Source of the DNA: Dehalococcoidia bacterium
Lineage (GTDB): Bacteria > Chloroflexota > Dehalococcoidia > Plut-88900
Direction: 5' to 3'
DNA: 64,000 nt
Assembly: GCA_965197585.1 (NCBI GenBank)
Contig: OZ240215.1
Location: forward strand, 1,792,001 to 1,856,000
Positions 20,527 through 29,320 of this stretch are shown piece by piece. The notes under the pieces are model-generated. The model was given only the letters and a program-made list of their open reading frames with translations. It was not told the DNA's origin and did not search any database. The translations under genes and the position numbers were made by a program. Within the stretch, counting starts at the first letter, position 1; each line of letters starts with the position of its first letter.

Positions 20527-21690
20527 ATGACAACAGTAACCAGCGGTTCAATTCCTATGACTGCCCCTCCCTTCTCTCAAGAGGAATACCAACGACGCCA
20601 GAGCGCGGTGATGGCAAAACTTGAGTCGCAGGGGATGGATGCGATTGCGGTGACGGCTTACAGCCGCCAGGAATATCTCTCCGGCTATGATGGTGCCGGC
20701 GGATACTTCGCCCCCTTCCCATTGATTCTGGCCCCCGGCCGCCCGCCGACATACGTGGTCCGCGAGTACGATGAAGACGCAGTCAGGACCGAAAGCTGCA
20801 TAACGGAAGTTGTCACCTACACTCAGGAGGGTGACCAGGCAAAAGCCGTGGCCGACGTGCTCCGAAGCTTCGGGCTGGAGCAATGTAGGCTTGGGATGGA
20901 GTTGGCTTGCTGGAACCTCGCCCCGAGGGACGTAGCCGCACTGCAGTCTGAACTGCCCAACCTAAAGATCGTCGATGCCACTGGGGTTGTCGCTTCCGTA
21001 GCCGCCGCAAAAAGCGATGTGGAAATTGCAACCATGCGCAAAGCCATGAGTTTCACACGAATAGCCGTCGAGACAATGAACGCATCACTTCGAGAAGGCA
21101 TCACCGAACACGAGGTTGCCCAGGCAATCACTGCCGCCGTGGAAAACGCCGGTGGTGAGATACGTCCCTTCACCCTGCTGTTTGGGCCCCGAACGGCCCT
21201 GCCCCACGGCCTCCCGACTTCCTACGCCCTTCAAAATGACCAGCCGATTTTTACAGAGATGGGCGGCTGGGCCAACGGTTACGCCGGCAGTATCTGCCGC
21301 TCGGCGTTACTGGGTAGCCACGCGGGTGCAGAGTCCCTCCACTCCCTTGCCGAGGAAGCGCTGCAGGCGGCCATCGATGCTATACGTCCCGGCGAGAAAA
21401 CGGGAGACGTCGACGCCGCCTGCCGAGGTGTCATCGAAAGATCAGGACGCCCCGAAGTCTTTCGGCATCGCACCGGGTACCAGAACGGAATCATGTGGTC
21501 CGATCGAGGAAACTTGAGCCTGGAACCCAACTCTGAAGATGTGCTCGCTCCTGGCATGACTTTCCACATGCCCATCATCCTCTTCGAATCAGGCCAGTAC
21601 GGAGTCGGATTGAGTGAGACCGTCCTGGTAACTGATCAGGGTTGCGAAGTGCTCAGCGGATTGCCCCGTGCGATTCATAAAGTGGAGTAG
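20527..21690 (+). CDS. M24 family amidohydrolase (ectoine hydrolase/creatinase-like)
   Basis: Creatinase_N plus M24 layout: KSDVEI, HRTGY, LAPGMTFH, LSETVLVT. Confidence 0.8.
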   Translation: MTTVTSGSIPMTAPPFSQEEYQRRQSAVMAKLESQGMDAIAVTAYSRQEYLSGYDGAGGYFAPFPLILAPGRPPTYVVREYDEDAVRTESCITEVVTYTQEGDQAKAVADVLRSFGLEQCRLGMELACWNLAPRDVAALQSELPNLKIVDATGVVASVAAAKSDVEIATMRKAMSFTRIAVETMNASLREGITEHEVAQAITAAVENAGGEIRPFTLLFGPRTALPHGLPTSYALQNDQPIFTEMGGWANGYAGSICRSALLGSHAGAESLHSLAEEALQAAIDAIRPGEKTGDVDAACRGVIERSGRPEVFRHRTGYQNGIMWSDRGNLSLEPNSEDVLAPGMTFHMPIILFESGQYGVGLSETVLVTDQGCEVLSGLPRAIHKVE

Positions 21691-21755
21691 ACAAGCCGAC
21701 CATAGGTCTCCGTACGCAATGATTTGCTACCGGCACTCTTCCTCCGACCATTCAG

Positions 21756-22571
21756 TCACGGGACCCGAGTCACGCGGACTGCGAAATTGCGGACATCCGG
21801 GGCACCGACGCGCGCTGCGTCAATCACGGTAGCTAGCGCCCACCCCACAGCGCTCGCCGTCCACTCAGGCAACATGACCGACACCCCGAGACCCGAGCGG
21901 GCAGGGGAGATGGGGCGCTCGGGCCAGTCGAACGACGCCTTGATCGAGTGCTGCTCAGGCACCGCTGCAACCGGTCCGAACTTGAATAGTCCAGTGTTCC
22001 TCCACTGGAGACCGGCGACCAACTCTTCCTCGGTTTGACCTCCGAGCAGCTCCTGGTTGAAGGCGATGAGCGCATCTGCTTTTCCCTTCAGGGTGGTGTT
22101 AAACCAATTGAGCGCAGAGACCAAGTCCCCTGCCGGGGATCGTATGCCGGGATCTAGGTCATATGCCGTCACCTGTATCCCAGACAACTCTACGTCTCCA
22201 AAGCGGCGGAGCGCATCATCGAAGCACTGTACCAACGCCGGCAACACCATTGCCGGCTCGGCAGGGCGTCGGCGAACCCCGAGCGCTGCATACCCCCAAC
22301 CTGTAACCGGTGCCGGAGGCGCCCTGGTTGGCTTGAGGTCACCAACGTTCAGTCCGACCTGCACCCACCCAATCCGGGATGCCTCAACGCCGACGGTTAG
22401 TTCCGCCTCGTTCATATCCCAGAGCATCGGGCGGCGACGATTCGACGTGGTTGACCAACCCATCAGTTCAGCACGCGCTCTAAAGACGCTATAGAGGTCC
22501 TCCTCCTCGGCATCAATCAGGTTCGTGCCCGGAGAAAGCTGTCCGAAAGCCTCAAGGAAAAGGGTCGACAT
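21756..22571 (-). CDS. Hypothetical protein
   Basis: 271-aa ORF with GAGGAG RBS; no recognised motif. Confidence 0.7.
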   Translation of the reverse strand: MSTLFLEAFGQLSPGTNLIDAEEEDLYSVFRARAELMGWSTTSNRRRPMLWDMNEAELTVGVEASRIGWVQVGLNVGDLKPTRAPPAPVTGWGYAALGVRRRPAEPAMVLPALVQCFDDALRRFGDVELSGIQVTAYDLDPGIRSPAGDLVSALNWFNTTLKGKADALIAFNQELLGGQTEEELVAGLQWRNTGLFKFGPVAAVPEQHSIKASFDWPERPISPARSGLGVSVMLPEWTASAVGWALATVIDAARVGAPDVRNFAVRVTRVP

Positions 22572-22580
22572 GGCAACTCC

Positions 22581-22901
22581 TCACCACCAACAAGTCCATA
22601 GACTGTCGCGGTGTACGTATCTGGACAATAGGCGGAACAATCTTCGAGACGTGACTTGGTAGACTGTTAACATCAGCAACCTCACGATGCGGTATGTACT
22701 ACGCCACCCATCAGGCTTTTTGGTCAAGTCGTTATACAGCCACTGGAACGGCCGGCCAACGTGCACGACAGGCACAATCGCGATCCCAAGCGCAACGGTC
22801 CACGCCATTTAGTCATCCAGGATGCCGAGCACTGCGGGAGGGATGGAAACGGTGGGTATGACAACGACCAAACCAGATATACACTTTCCTCTGCGCTTCA
22901 C
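22581..22901 (-). pseudogene. Possible small membrane-protein pseudogene
   Basis: Hydrophobic frame MKRRGKCISGLVVVIPTVSIPPAVLGILDD-TAA-MAWTVALGIAIVPVV... with one in-frame stop. Confidence 0.3.
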
Positions 22902-23108
22902 GGTAAAGTAGCTCCCGGCAAGATTTTAACAGCCGAAACGGGAGACTCGAGGTACGAGCGCTGCGTGGCACGAATGCAGGACCTGTAGAGCCAACTGCGT
23001 AGACCCGACACCTATGAGTCTAATTGGCTGACACGGCAAAGGAGGCACCCCGATCAAATCAGAGAGCCTCCCATGATCTCGTTCAGATAGAGGAGTGACA
23101 CCAACCCC

Positions 23109-23137
23109 TTGACCCGTATGAACATTAGTGCTATTAT
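23109..23137 (+). promoter_or_regulatory. Sigma70 promoter with LexA-box-like site in the spacer
   Basis: TTGACC-N17-TATTAT containing GAAC-ATTA-GTGC (one mismatch to GAAC-N4-GTTC); AAGGAGG at 23170. Confidence 0.55.
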
Positions 23138-23322
23138 CCCCACCGTTCGAACACCAACCTAACTATTTCAAGGAGGAACCAAAAACTAGGGAAGCCCACT
23201 AGACCCACCCGAGGACTCAACGTCCAAGCCCATCCCAACGGCCCGCGCGCAGGCCCGCGGCTCAAGCAAACGCCGCCATCTCCTCATCCCACCGGGTCCC
23301 GTGACCCCTTCCCTGACCCCCA

Positions 23323-23789
23323 GGCGATGGAAAGACGCCCTGGTTCGCTATCGTTCCATGTGTGCCCCCTCTAAGACGCCCTCAGCCTCTTACAGGGATT
23401 CCCTCCCCCGGGAGGGTTCCCGCTCTTTCGAGCGGGGCGGTTGGGTAAGCCCGGCGCCGAGGTCCTCTCGGCTCCTCGACCGCTTAACAAGTCGGGCGCC
23501 GGTGAACCGTGCGCTCCGGGTCACACCGGCAAACTCAAACATACTACGCCTGCATGAGCCCCGACGACCCACGCCGGACGCCGGGTCTCCTCCCCGCCCC
23601 TGCGGGGTGCAGCCGACCCTCGGGAGCAGGGCTCGGACTGTCGGCTCTGACGGTCCCTGCCTTGTCCGGCGTGTCAGGGCCTTAGGCCGCAGCAGCGGCA
23701 GGCGGGCCGGATGCCCTTGCCCCAGGGCCTCGTCGGAATACCCGCAACACAGGAACGGGGGCAGCGTCCAGCCAGCGTCTTCCATCGCC
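23323..23789. ncRNA. Putative large structured RNA or foldback element of unknown family
   Basis: Imperfect ~40-nt terminal inverted repeats enclosing many GC hairpins; no convincing protein. Confidence 0.45.
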
Positions 23790-24232
23790 AATCCCCTCCC
23801 AACAGACAGAACCGAAACCCACAAACCCCACAATCGAAGATGGAACACCCGCCGTGCTGAAAGTCCGCCTTTGGCGGAGAGGATCCGCCTCAGGAGGACT
23901 GAATAAAACCCCGGCGTGTCACGAATCTACCAAACGAGTACATCCCTTAGCATTCATCATCCAAAACTCTGTATTATTAGTCCCGAACCATGAATTCGAA
24001 GGGAATTTCCTTCTAGCAGCGTCATCTACAATGGTAGTCCGGCTCCGGGGTGACACTTAAGACCGCATCGTGTAAAGCTAGACAACTAAGACAAGAGTAC
24101 GGCGTATCAGCCAAATGGCTCCAACAACGAGTTATCACGCCGCCTATAATTAGGAACTCTATCAATGGAGACAGGCAGTTTTCCATTGTTGATATGATGC
24201 ACCCTATAGAGGGCAGACAGAGGGAGGAACGA

Positions 24233-25399
24233 ATGGATTACAAAGTGATATCGGCAGACACCCATCTGGACGTTGCATGGCTTCCGGGTGACCTCTTCAC
24301 GAACAACGCCCCGGCACATCTCAAGGACAAAATGCCATATGTGGCCGACCAGAAAAACGGCGGCAAGGCATGGGAAATCGAGGGAGAATATATGTGCGGC
24401 GCCGGTGTAGGAGGAAATCTGACGAAGGATTTCGCAGCCTACGTACCTGGTCAGTCTCACCATCTTGACCGTATGGCTGAAGTGGGTTTCTTTGACGGCA
24501 TAGCGAACGGCATCTACCACCCCTCGGATGCACAGCTGCGCATCAAAGACCAGGACATCGACGGTGTAGACGCCGAGGTGATGTACGGCATCCTGGGCAT
24601 AGGTGGAGGCGGATTTTCGGGGCCCGGATTCAAGGATGTTGAGGTTACAACCGCCATCTATAATGCCTACAACGAATGGGTGTCCGGCTTTGTTCGACCC
24701 CACTCCGATCGCATCGCCGCCCTCGGTTGCCTCAGCAGCCACGATCCCGAAGTAGCAGCCCGACAGGTGAGACGCTGCGCCGAATTGGGATTACGAGGCG
24801 CGGAAATCAATGCTGGCAAAATGCCTAACCCCGCATATCACAAAAACTGGGAGCCGTTGTGGGAAGCCGCATCGGAGACCCGTATGCCAGTATCTTTCCA
24901 TACGTTGGGCTATCCCCATAGAACTCCTTCACCTGCCGACCAGGACGATTACGGATGGCTGAGCATGGGCCTTGGATTCATCATGTTCCAGCTATCGGGC
25001 ATCGAGTTCCTTGTAAGCATGGTTCTCTCCGGGGCCTGCGAGCGAAATCCAGACTTCCAATTCGTCCTCGGCGAGTGTGGAATCGGATGGATCCCCTACG
25101 TAATCGAAAGGACCGATTCAAAATACGATGACCGTCTGTTCCACCTAGGGTTCAACATGAAGCCTAGCGAGTACTGGCAGAGACAGGGCTACTCAACCTT
25201 CCAGCAGGAATACGTCTCAACCGATGAGATTGAGCGGATCGGCATCAACAACATAATGTGGGGCTCGGACTATCCCCACCCCGACGGCGTGTTCCCCGAT
25301 TCTGCCAAGGCCATCGCAGAAGGCATGGGACACCTGGACGACGCGGTTCGGCAGAAGTTGATATGTGACAATGCTGCGAGAGTGTACCGATTCAACTAG
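24233..25399 (+). CDS. Amidohydrolase_2 family protein (paralog 1)
   Basis: ISADTH, DQDIDGVDAEVMY, FHTLG, GECGIGW, MWGSDYPH; GGAGG RBS before ATG at 24233. Confidence 0.92.
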   Translation: MDYKVISADTHLDVAWLPGDLFTNNAPAHLKDKMPYVADQKNGGKAWEIEGEYMCGAGVGGNLTKDFAAYVPGQSHHLDRMAEVGFFDGIANGIYHPSDAQLRIKDQDIDGVDAEVMYGILGIGGGGFSGPGFKDVEVTTAIYNAYNEWVSGFVRPHSDRIAALGCLSSHDPEVAARQVRRCAELGLRGAEINAGKMPNPAYHKNWEPLWEAASETRMPVSFHTLGYPHRTPSPADQDDYGWLSMGLGFIMFQLSGIEFLVSMVLSGACERNPDFQFVLGECGIGWIPYVIERTDSKYDDRLFHLGFNMKPSEYWQRQGYSTFQQEYVSTDEIERIGINNIMWGSDYPHPDGVFPDSAKAIAEGMGHLDDAVRQKLICDNAARVYRFN

Positions 25400-25434
25400 A
25401 TGATGACACGATTAGCAAACAGTAGGAGAAGCAC

Positions 25435-26589
25435 ATGAAATACAATCTGATTTCCGCCGACACCCACATGGATCTGGTCTATATGCCGCCAGAGATGTTC
25501 GTAGAGAATGCTCCCTCTGCGCTCAGGGATAAGATGCCCCGGGTGGAGGACACGGAAGAAGGTCCTTACTGGATGTTGGAAGGCAAGAAAGTTGTGCCCT
25601 CTGGCAGCGGTGGCCTGACCAGCGGCCACTATCAGGAAGGGGAAGCCAAACATCTGGACCGGATGGCCGAAGTCGGGTTCTTCGATAGTATGGCTCACGG
25701 AGTCTATCATCCCAGCGATCCCGACCTCCGCGTGAAAGACTTGGATATAGACGGCGTGGATGCCGAAATCATGTACGGCATCCTGGAGATCGGTGCCGGT
25801 GGCCGCCTTGGCCCCGAGGTCGAAGACGCAGCGATTCTTAACTCCACCTACCAAGTCTACAACCAGTGGGTCGCCGATTTCGTCGGTAAGAATCCCGCGC
25901 GGATGAACGCACTCGCTTGCCTGACTCACCGAGACCCTCAGACCGCCGCCGACCAGCTTCGCCAGGCAGCAGAGTTGGGCCTAAGAGGCGCGGAGATCCT
26001 CGTACCGCAGATGAACAAGCCCCTGTACCACAAAGACTGGGATATATTGTGGCAAACCTCTGGCGAGTGCCAAATACCGATCTCCTTTCACACCGTGGGT
26101 GGCACCTTCGCCAGGCCGCAGCCTAAGGAAGAAGCGGAATACCGGTACGTGGTCAGGGGGTTGGGGGAAGCCCTGTTCCAGATCACTGGTTCAGAGTTCC
26201 TGATCAGTGTCATACTTTCCGGGGCTTGCCAGAGATTCCCTGACTTCAACTGGGTGCTGGGCGAATGCGGTATCGGATGGATACCCTACATCGTCGAGAG
26301 GACGGACATCGAATACGCCGACAGGTTATTCCAACTCGGCCTCGAGATGAAACCGAGCGACTACTGGCGTCGACAGGGACACTCCACCTTCCAGGAGGAG
26401 TACGTCTCGATGGACGAGATTGAGAGAATTGGTATAGACAGCATTATGTGGGGCTCCGACTACCCTCACCCCGACGGCGTATTCCCCGATTCCAAGTCGG
26501 TCATCCAGACTAACCTGGGACACCTCCCCAAGGACGTGATACAGCAGATAACCTGCGAAAACGCCGCCAAGGTGTACCGGTTCAATTGA
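25435..26589 (+). CDS. Amidohydrolase_2 family protein (paralog 2, tandem duplicate)
   Basis: Same motifs, colinear with 24233-25399. Confidence 0.92.
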   Translation: MKYNLISADTHMDLVYMPPEMFVENAPSALRDKMPRVEDTEEGPYWMLEGKKVVPSGSGGLTSGHYQEGEAKHLDRMAEVGFFDSMAHGVYHPSDPDLRVKDLDIDGVDAEIMYGILEIGAGGRLGPEVEDAAILNSTYQVYNQWVADFVGKNPARMNALACLTHRDPQTAADQLRQAAELGLRGAEILVPQMNKPLYHKDWDILWQTSGECQIPISFHTVGGTFARPQPKEEAEYRYVVRGLGEALFQITGSEFLISVILSGACQRFPDFNWVLGECGIGWIPYIVERTDIEYADRLFQLGLEMKPSDYWRRQGHSTFQEEYVSMDEIERIGIDSIMWGSDYPHPDGVFPDSKSVIQTNLGHLPKDVIQQITCENAAKVYRFN

Positions 26590-26775
26590 TCTGATTGCGA
26601 TTGGCCTTTGCCCCTCTTGACCTGCACATGGACACGTAAGCGTCTCGGCATCTTAGATGAGGGCACAATTGGCGCTGAGGTCAACCGGTTTCGAATTTAC
26701 CCTACGAGAACGCGTGTGACACATCTATTGAGGGCAACGGGCACAAGCTGCTAGCGAAATGGAGAAGTTGACCAA

Positions 26776-27594
26776 ATGCTTAGCGAGTACAGTTTGGAAG
26801 GCAAATCCGCCCTCATTACCGGTGGGGGCCGGGGTATTGGCAAGGTTATCGCTTTGGTGTTGGCCGAGGCCGGCGCCGACATCGCAGTCGCTTCTCGCAC
26901 CCTGGACCAGGTTGAACAGGTTGCCAATGAAATACGGTCGCTAGGCCGAAACTCCGTCGCTGTGCAGTTAGACGTATCCGACTCGGCCCAGGCTGAGCAG
27001 GCGGTGTCCCAGGCCACCGCCGCCCTGGGGAAAATCGATATCCTGGTCAACAACGCTGGCATAAGCTACGGCGCCGTACCCCTAATACCAATTGAGAGGC
27101 TCCCCGAGGAAAAGATCTCCGGTGACCTTAAGGCCGGGCTCACCGATGACCAATGGAGCCGCCTCCTGAACATTAACCTCAGCGGAGCTTTCTACTGCTG
27201 CCGAGCCGTAGCCGGTCAGATGTTGGAACGGCGCAGCGGCAAGATCATCAACGTCTCATCGATGACTGGCATCCTCGCCGAGGCCTACTACACCGCCTAC
27301 GACAGCTCCAAGGCTGCCCTGAACATGCTTACCAAGTGCCTTGCCCTGGAGTGGGGCCGGTTCAACATCAACGTCAACGGCATCGGCCCCGGCTGGTTCA
27401 TGACCGAGATGACCAGGCCCGGTTTCATCGATCAGGCCGTCCACGAGGCCCGTGTTAAAGGCGTTCCCCTCCAACGCCTCACCGACGCCCGGGACATCGG
27501 GCTGTTGGCCGTCTACCTGGCCAGCCCGGCCTCGGACTGGATGACAGGTCAGGTGATCTATCTGGACGGTGGACAGTCGGCGATACATGCCTAG
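26776..27594 (+). CDS. SDR family oxidoreductase (gluconate 5-dehydrogenase-like)
   Basis: TGGGRGIG, NNAG, YDSSK, NGIGPGWF. Confidence 0.9.
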   Translation: MLSEYSLEGKSALITGGGRGIGKVIALVLAEAGADIAVASRTLDQVEQVANEIRSLGRNSVAVQLDVSDSAQAEQAVSQATAALGKIDILVNNAGISYGAVPLIPIERLPEEKISGDLKAGLTDDQWSRLLNINLSGAFYCCRAVAGQMLERRSGKIINVSSMTGILAEAYYTAYDSSKAALNMLTKCLALEWGRFNINVNGIGPGWFMTEMTRPGFIDQAVHEARVKGVPLQRLTDARDIGLLAVYLASPASDWMTGQVIYLDGGQSAIHA

Positions 27595-27684
27595 ACAGAC
27601 GTCGCCCTGAAGTTGCAATCAAGCCACCCGACTCCGGCGCTCTCCGTACCATCATTCCGGGGACCGAGTGCCGTGGCTCGTAGA

Positions 27685-29127
27685 TTAGCTAACAACCGGC
27701 CACCCGAGTCCCAGGTCAACCCCGAGCCGTCCCGCCCGAGCAACTACCGAGTCAGAGACTGTCCGGTAGACCTCCTGCTCGTCCACTCGGGTCGAGTGTC
27801 CTTCACTGAAGACCATCTCTCCGTTAACCAGGACAGTATTCACACTCCCGGTTCCCATAGTTAACGCCAGCAAGTGCAATGGGTTGTTTGAGGGATAGGC
27901 TTCGGCCGCGCCCGCAGACCTCACAACGACGTCCGCGCGCTTGCCGGATTCCAGGCTTCCCAGCTCCGCATCCATTCCGGCAGCCGAGGCCGCATTGATG
28001 GTCTGCATTTCGAGTAACGCTCCGGGGGAAAGAGGGTCCGCATAGGTTTGTGACGCGTAGTGTGCAGCGAGCATTATCCCACCCGGAGTGCATCCGATAG
28101 CGCCGTCGGTGCCTAGAGAGACACGGGTTCCTCGTTGGTACCGCTGCGCCATCTTGAAGTTCGCACTTCCTCCGAACCCGAGCGAGAAGAAGGCAGCCGG
28201 GCACCATACTATCTGGCAGCCCGATTCCTGGACCACTCTCTCCTCCTCTTCGTCCAGCACGTTTGCATGGACTATTACGGTGTGCTCGTCGAGTACACCG
28301 AGCTCTTTCAGGTGCATGATGTGGCTGGTGCCGTTTATGGCGCGATAGATCGCGGGCTCTCCTGGAACGTAACCGGCATGAAGCTGAAAGGGCACGTTAT
28401 TGTCGCGGGCACATGCGTGTGCCGCCTGCAACAGTTCGGGCGAGGCAGTCCCTGCGCCGTAGACGAATATGTAACCCCGGACCAACGCTTCGGGGTCTCT
28501 GTTCCGGTGAAGCTCCACGTCCAATTGCCCCAGTGAATGGTCTAGATCGATGGGCGCACGAGCCATCAGGCTCGGACTTATTAGCGAGGGTACAGCATCA
28601 AAGCACTCGCTCCTGTCCCACAGATAGAGCGGGGCGAAAAGGGCCCTCATGCCCACACGCTCTACCGCCTCAGCCCCAGCCTCGGTCGAGAACAGTGAGC
28701 CCGGTTCTATAAACATCGTAAAGCCGCTTCGAAGCATTTCGAGACTGGCCGTGGCAGTGGCAGCAGCCTCGTCCTCATCGGTAACTCCGGCTTTCCAATC
28801 TGCGAAGTTGACGGGCCCTGGATTTGCATCGCGGATATTTCCAACCCCCCGACATGAAGTGTGGACGATATGATTGTGAGCATCGATGAAGCCAGGATGC
28901 ACGATGCCGCCTTCGGCATCTATCGTCTCCTTTGCATCAAAGCGTTGTCTCATATCGGCATCGGTGCCTACCTCTACAATGCGCGAACCCGTAATCGCCA
29001 CCGCGCCCGTGCGATAGATTCTGCGCTCCGAGTCCATGGTGATGATCTGACCGTTGTGAATGAGAACGTCACACGTGCTCTTGTTCATCTGATTGTGCTC
29101 CAAGTTAATACGTGGGTTGAGACTCAT
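27685..29127 (-). CDS. Amidohydrolase (MTA/SAH deaminase or chlorohydrolase-like)
   Basis: PGFIDAHNH, SLGTDG, GSLESGKRAD; true start may be 29088. Confidence 0.85.
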   Translation of the reverse strand: MSLNPRINLEHNQMNKSTCDVLIHNGQIITMDSERRIYRTGAVAITGSRIVEVGTDADMRQRFDAKETIDAEGGIVHPGFIDAHNHIVHTSCRGVGNIRDANPGPVNFADWKAGVTDEDEAAATATASLEMLRSGFTMFIEPGSLFSTEAGAEAVERVGMRALFAPLYLWDRSECFDAVPSLISPSLMARAPIDLDHSLGQLDVELHRNRDPEALVRGYIFVYGAGTASPELLQAAHACARDNNVPFQLHAGYVPGEPAIYRAINGTSHIMHLKELGVLDEHTVIVHANVLDEEEERVVQESGCQIVWCPAAFFSLGFGGSANFKMAQRYQRGTRVSLGTDGAIGCTPGGIMLAAHYASQTYADPLSPGALLEMQTINAASAAGMDAELGSLESGKRADVVVRSAGAAEAYPSNNPLHLLALTMGTGSVNTVLVNGEMVFSEGHSTRVDEQEVYRTVSDSVVARAGRLGVDLGLGWPVVS

Positions 29128-29320
29128 AGTGATACGGCAATAGACTGTGCCGCCTCCATCGAATGTATCAGGACGCGCATCCCATGGCCCGGATTAGACC
29201 ATCTTTAGACCGCAACGTTCTGACTGGCCATGGGATTGCCAATCCGTAGAAGATCCCCCGGCCTTCACCTGATTCAGCGCTCTTAATCACACTCGGCAGG
29301 TAAGTATCTCGAAGGCGTAG

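Noticed and set aside
23440-23620. Resemblance to RNase P (GGGGAGGAGACCCGG...CCGGGCTTAC) or group II intron domain V (GCGCACGGTTC) on the minus strand
   Set aside because: Lacks GAGGAAAGUCC and ACAGAA with correct spacing, and lacks a proper AGC-triad domain V hairpin and intron end.
23301-23906. ORFs 23301-23906(+) and 23390-23848(-)
   Set aside because: R/P/G/S-biased with no motif or RBS; better explained as open frames in GC-rich structured DNA.
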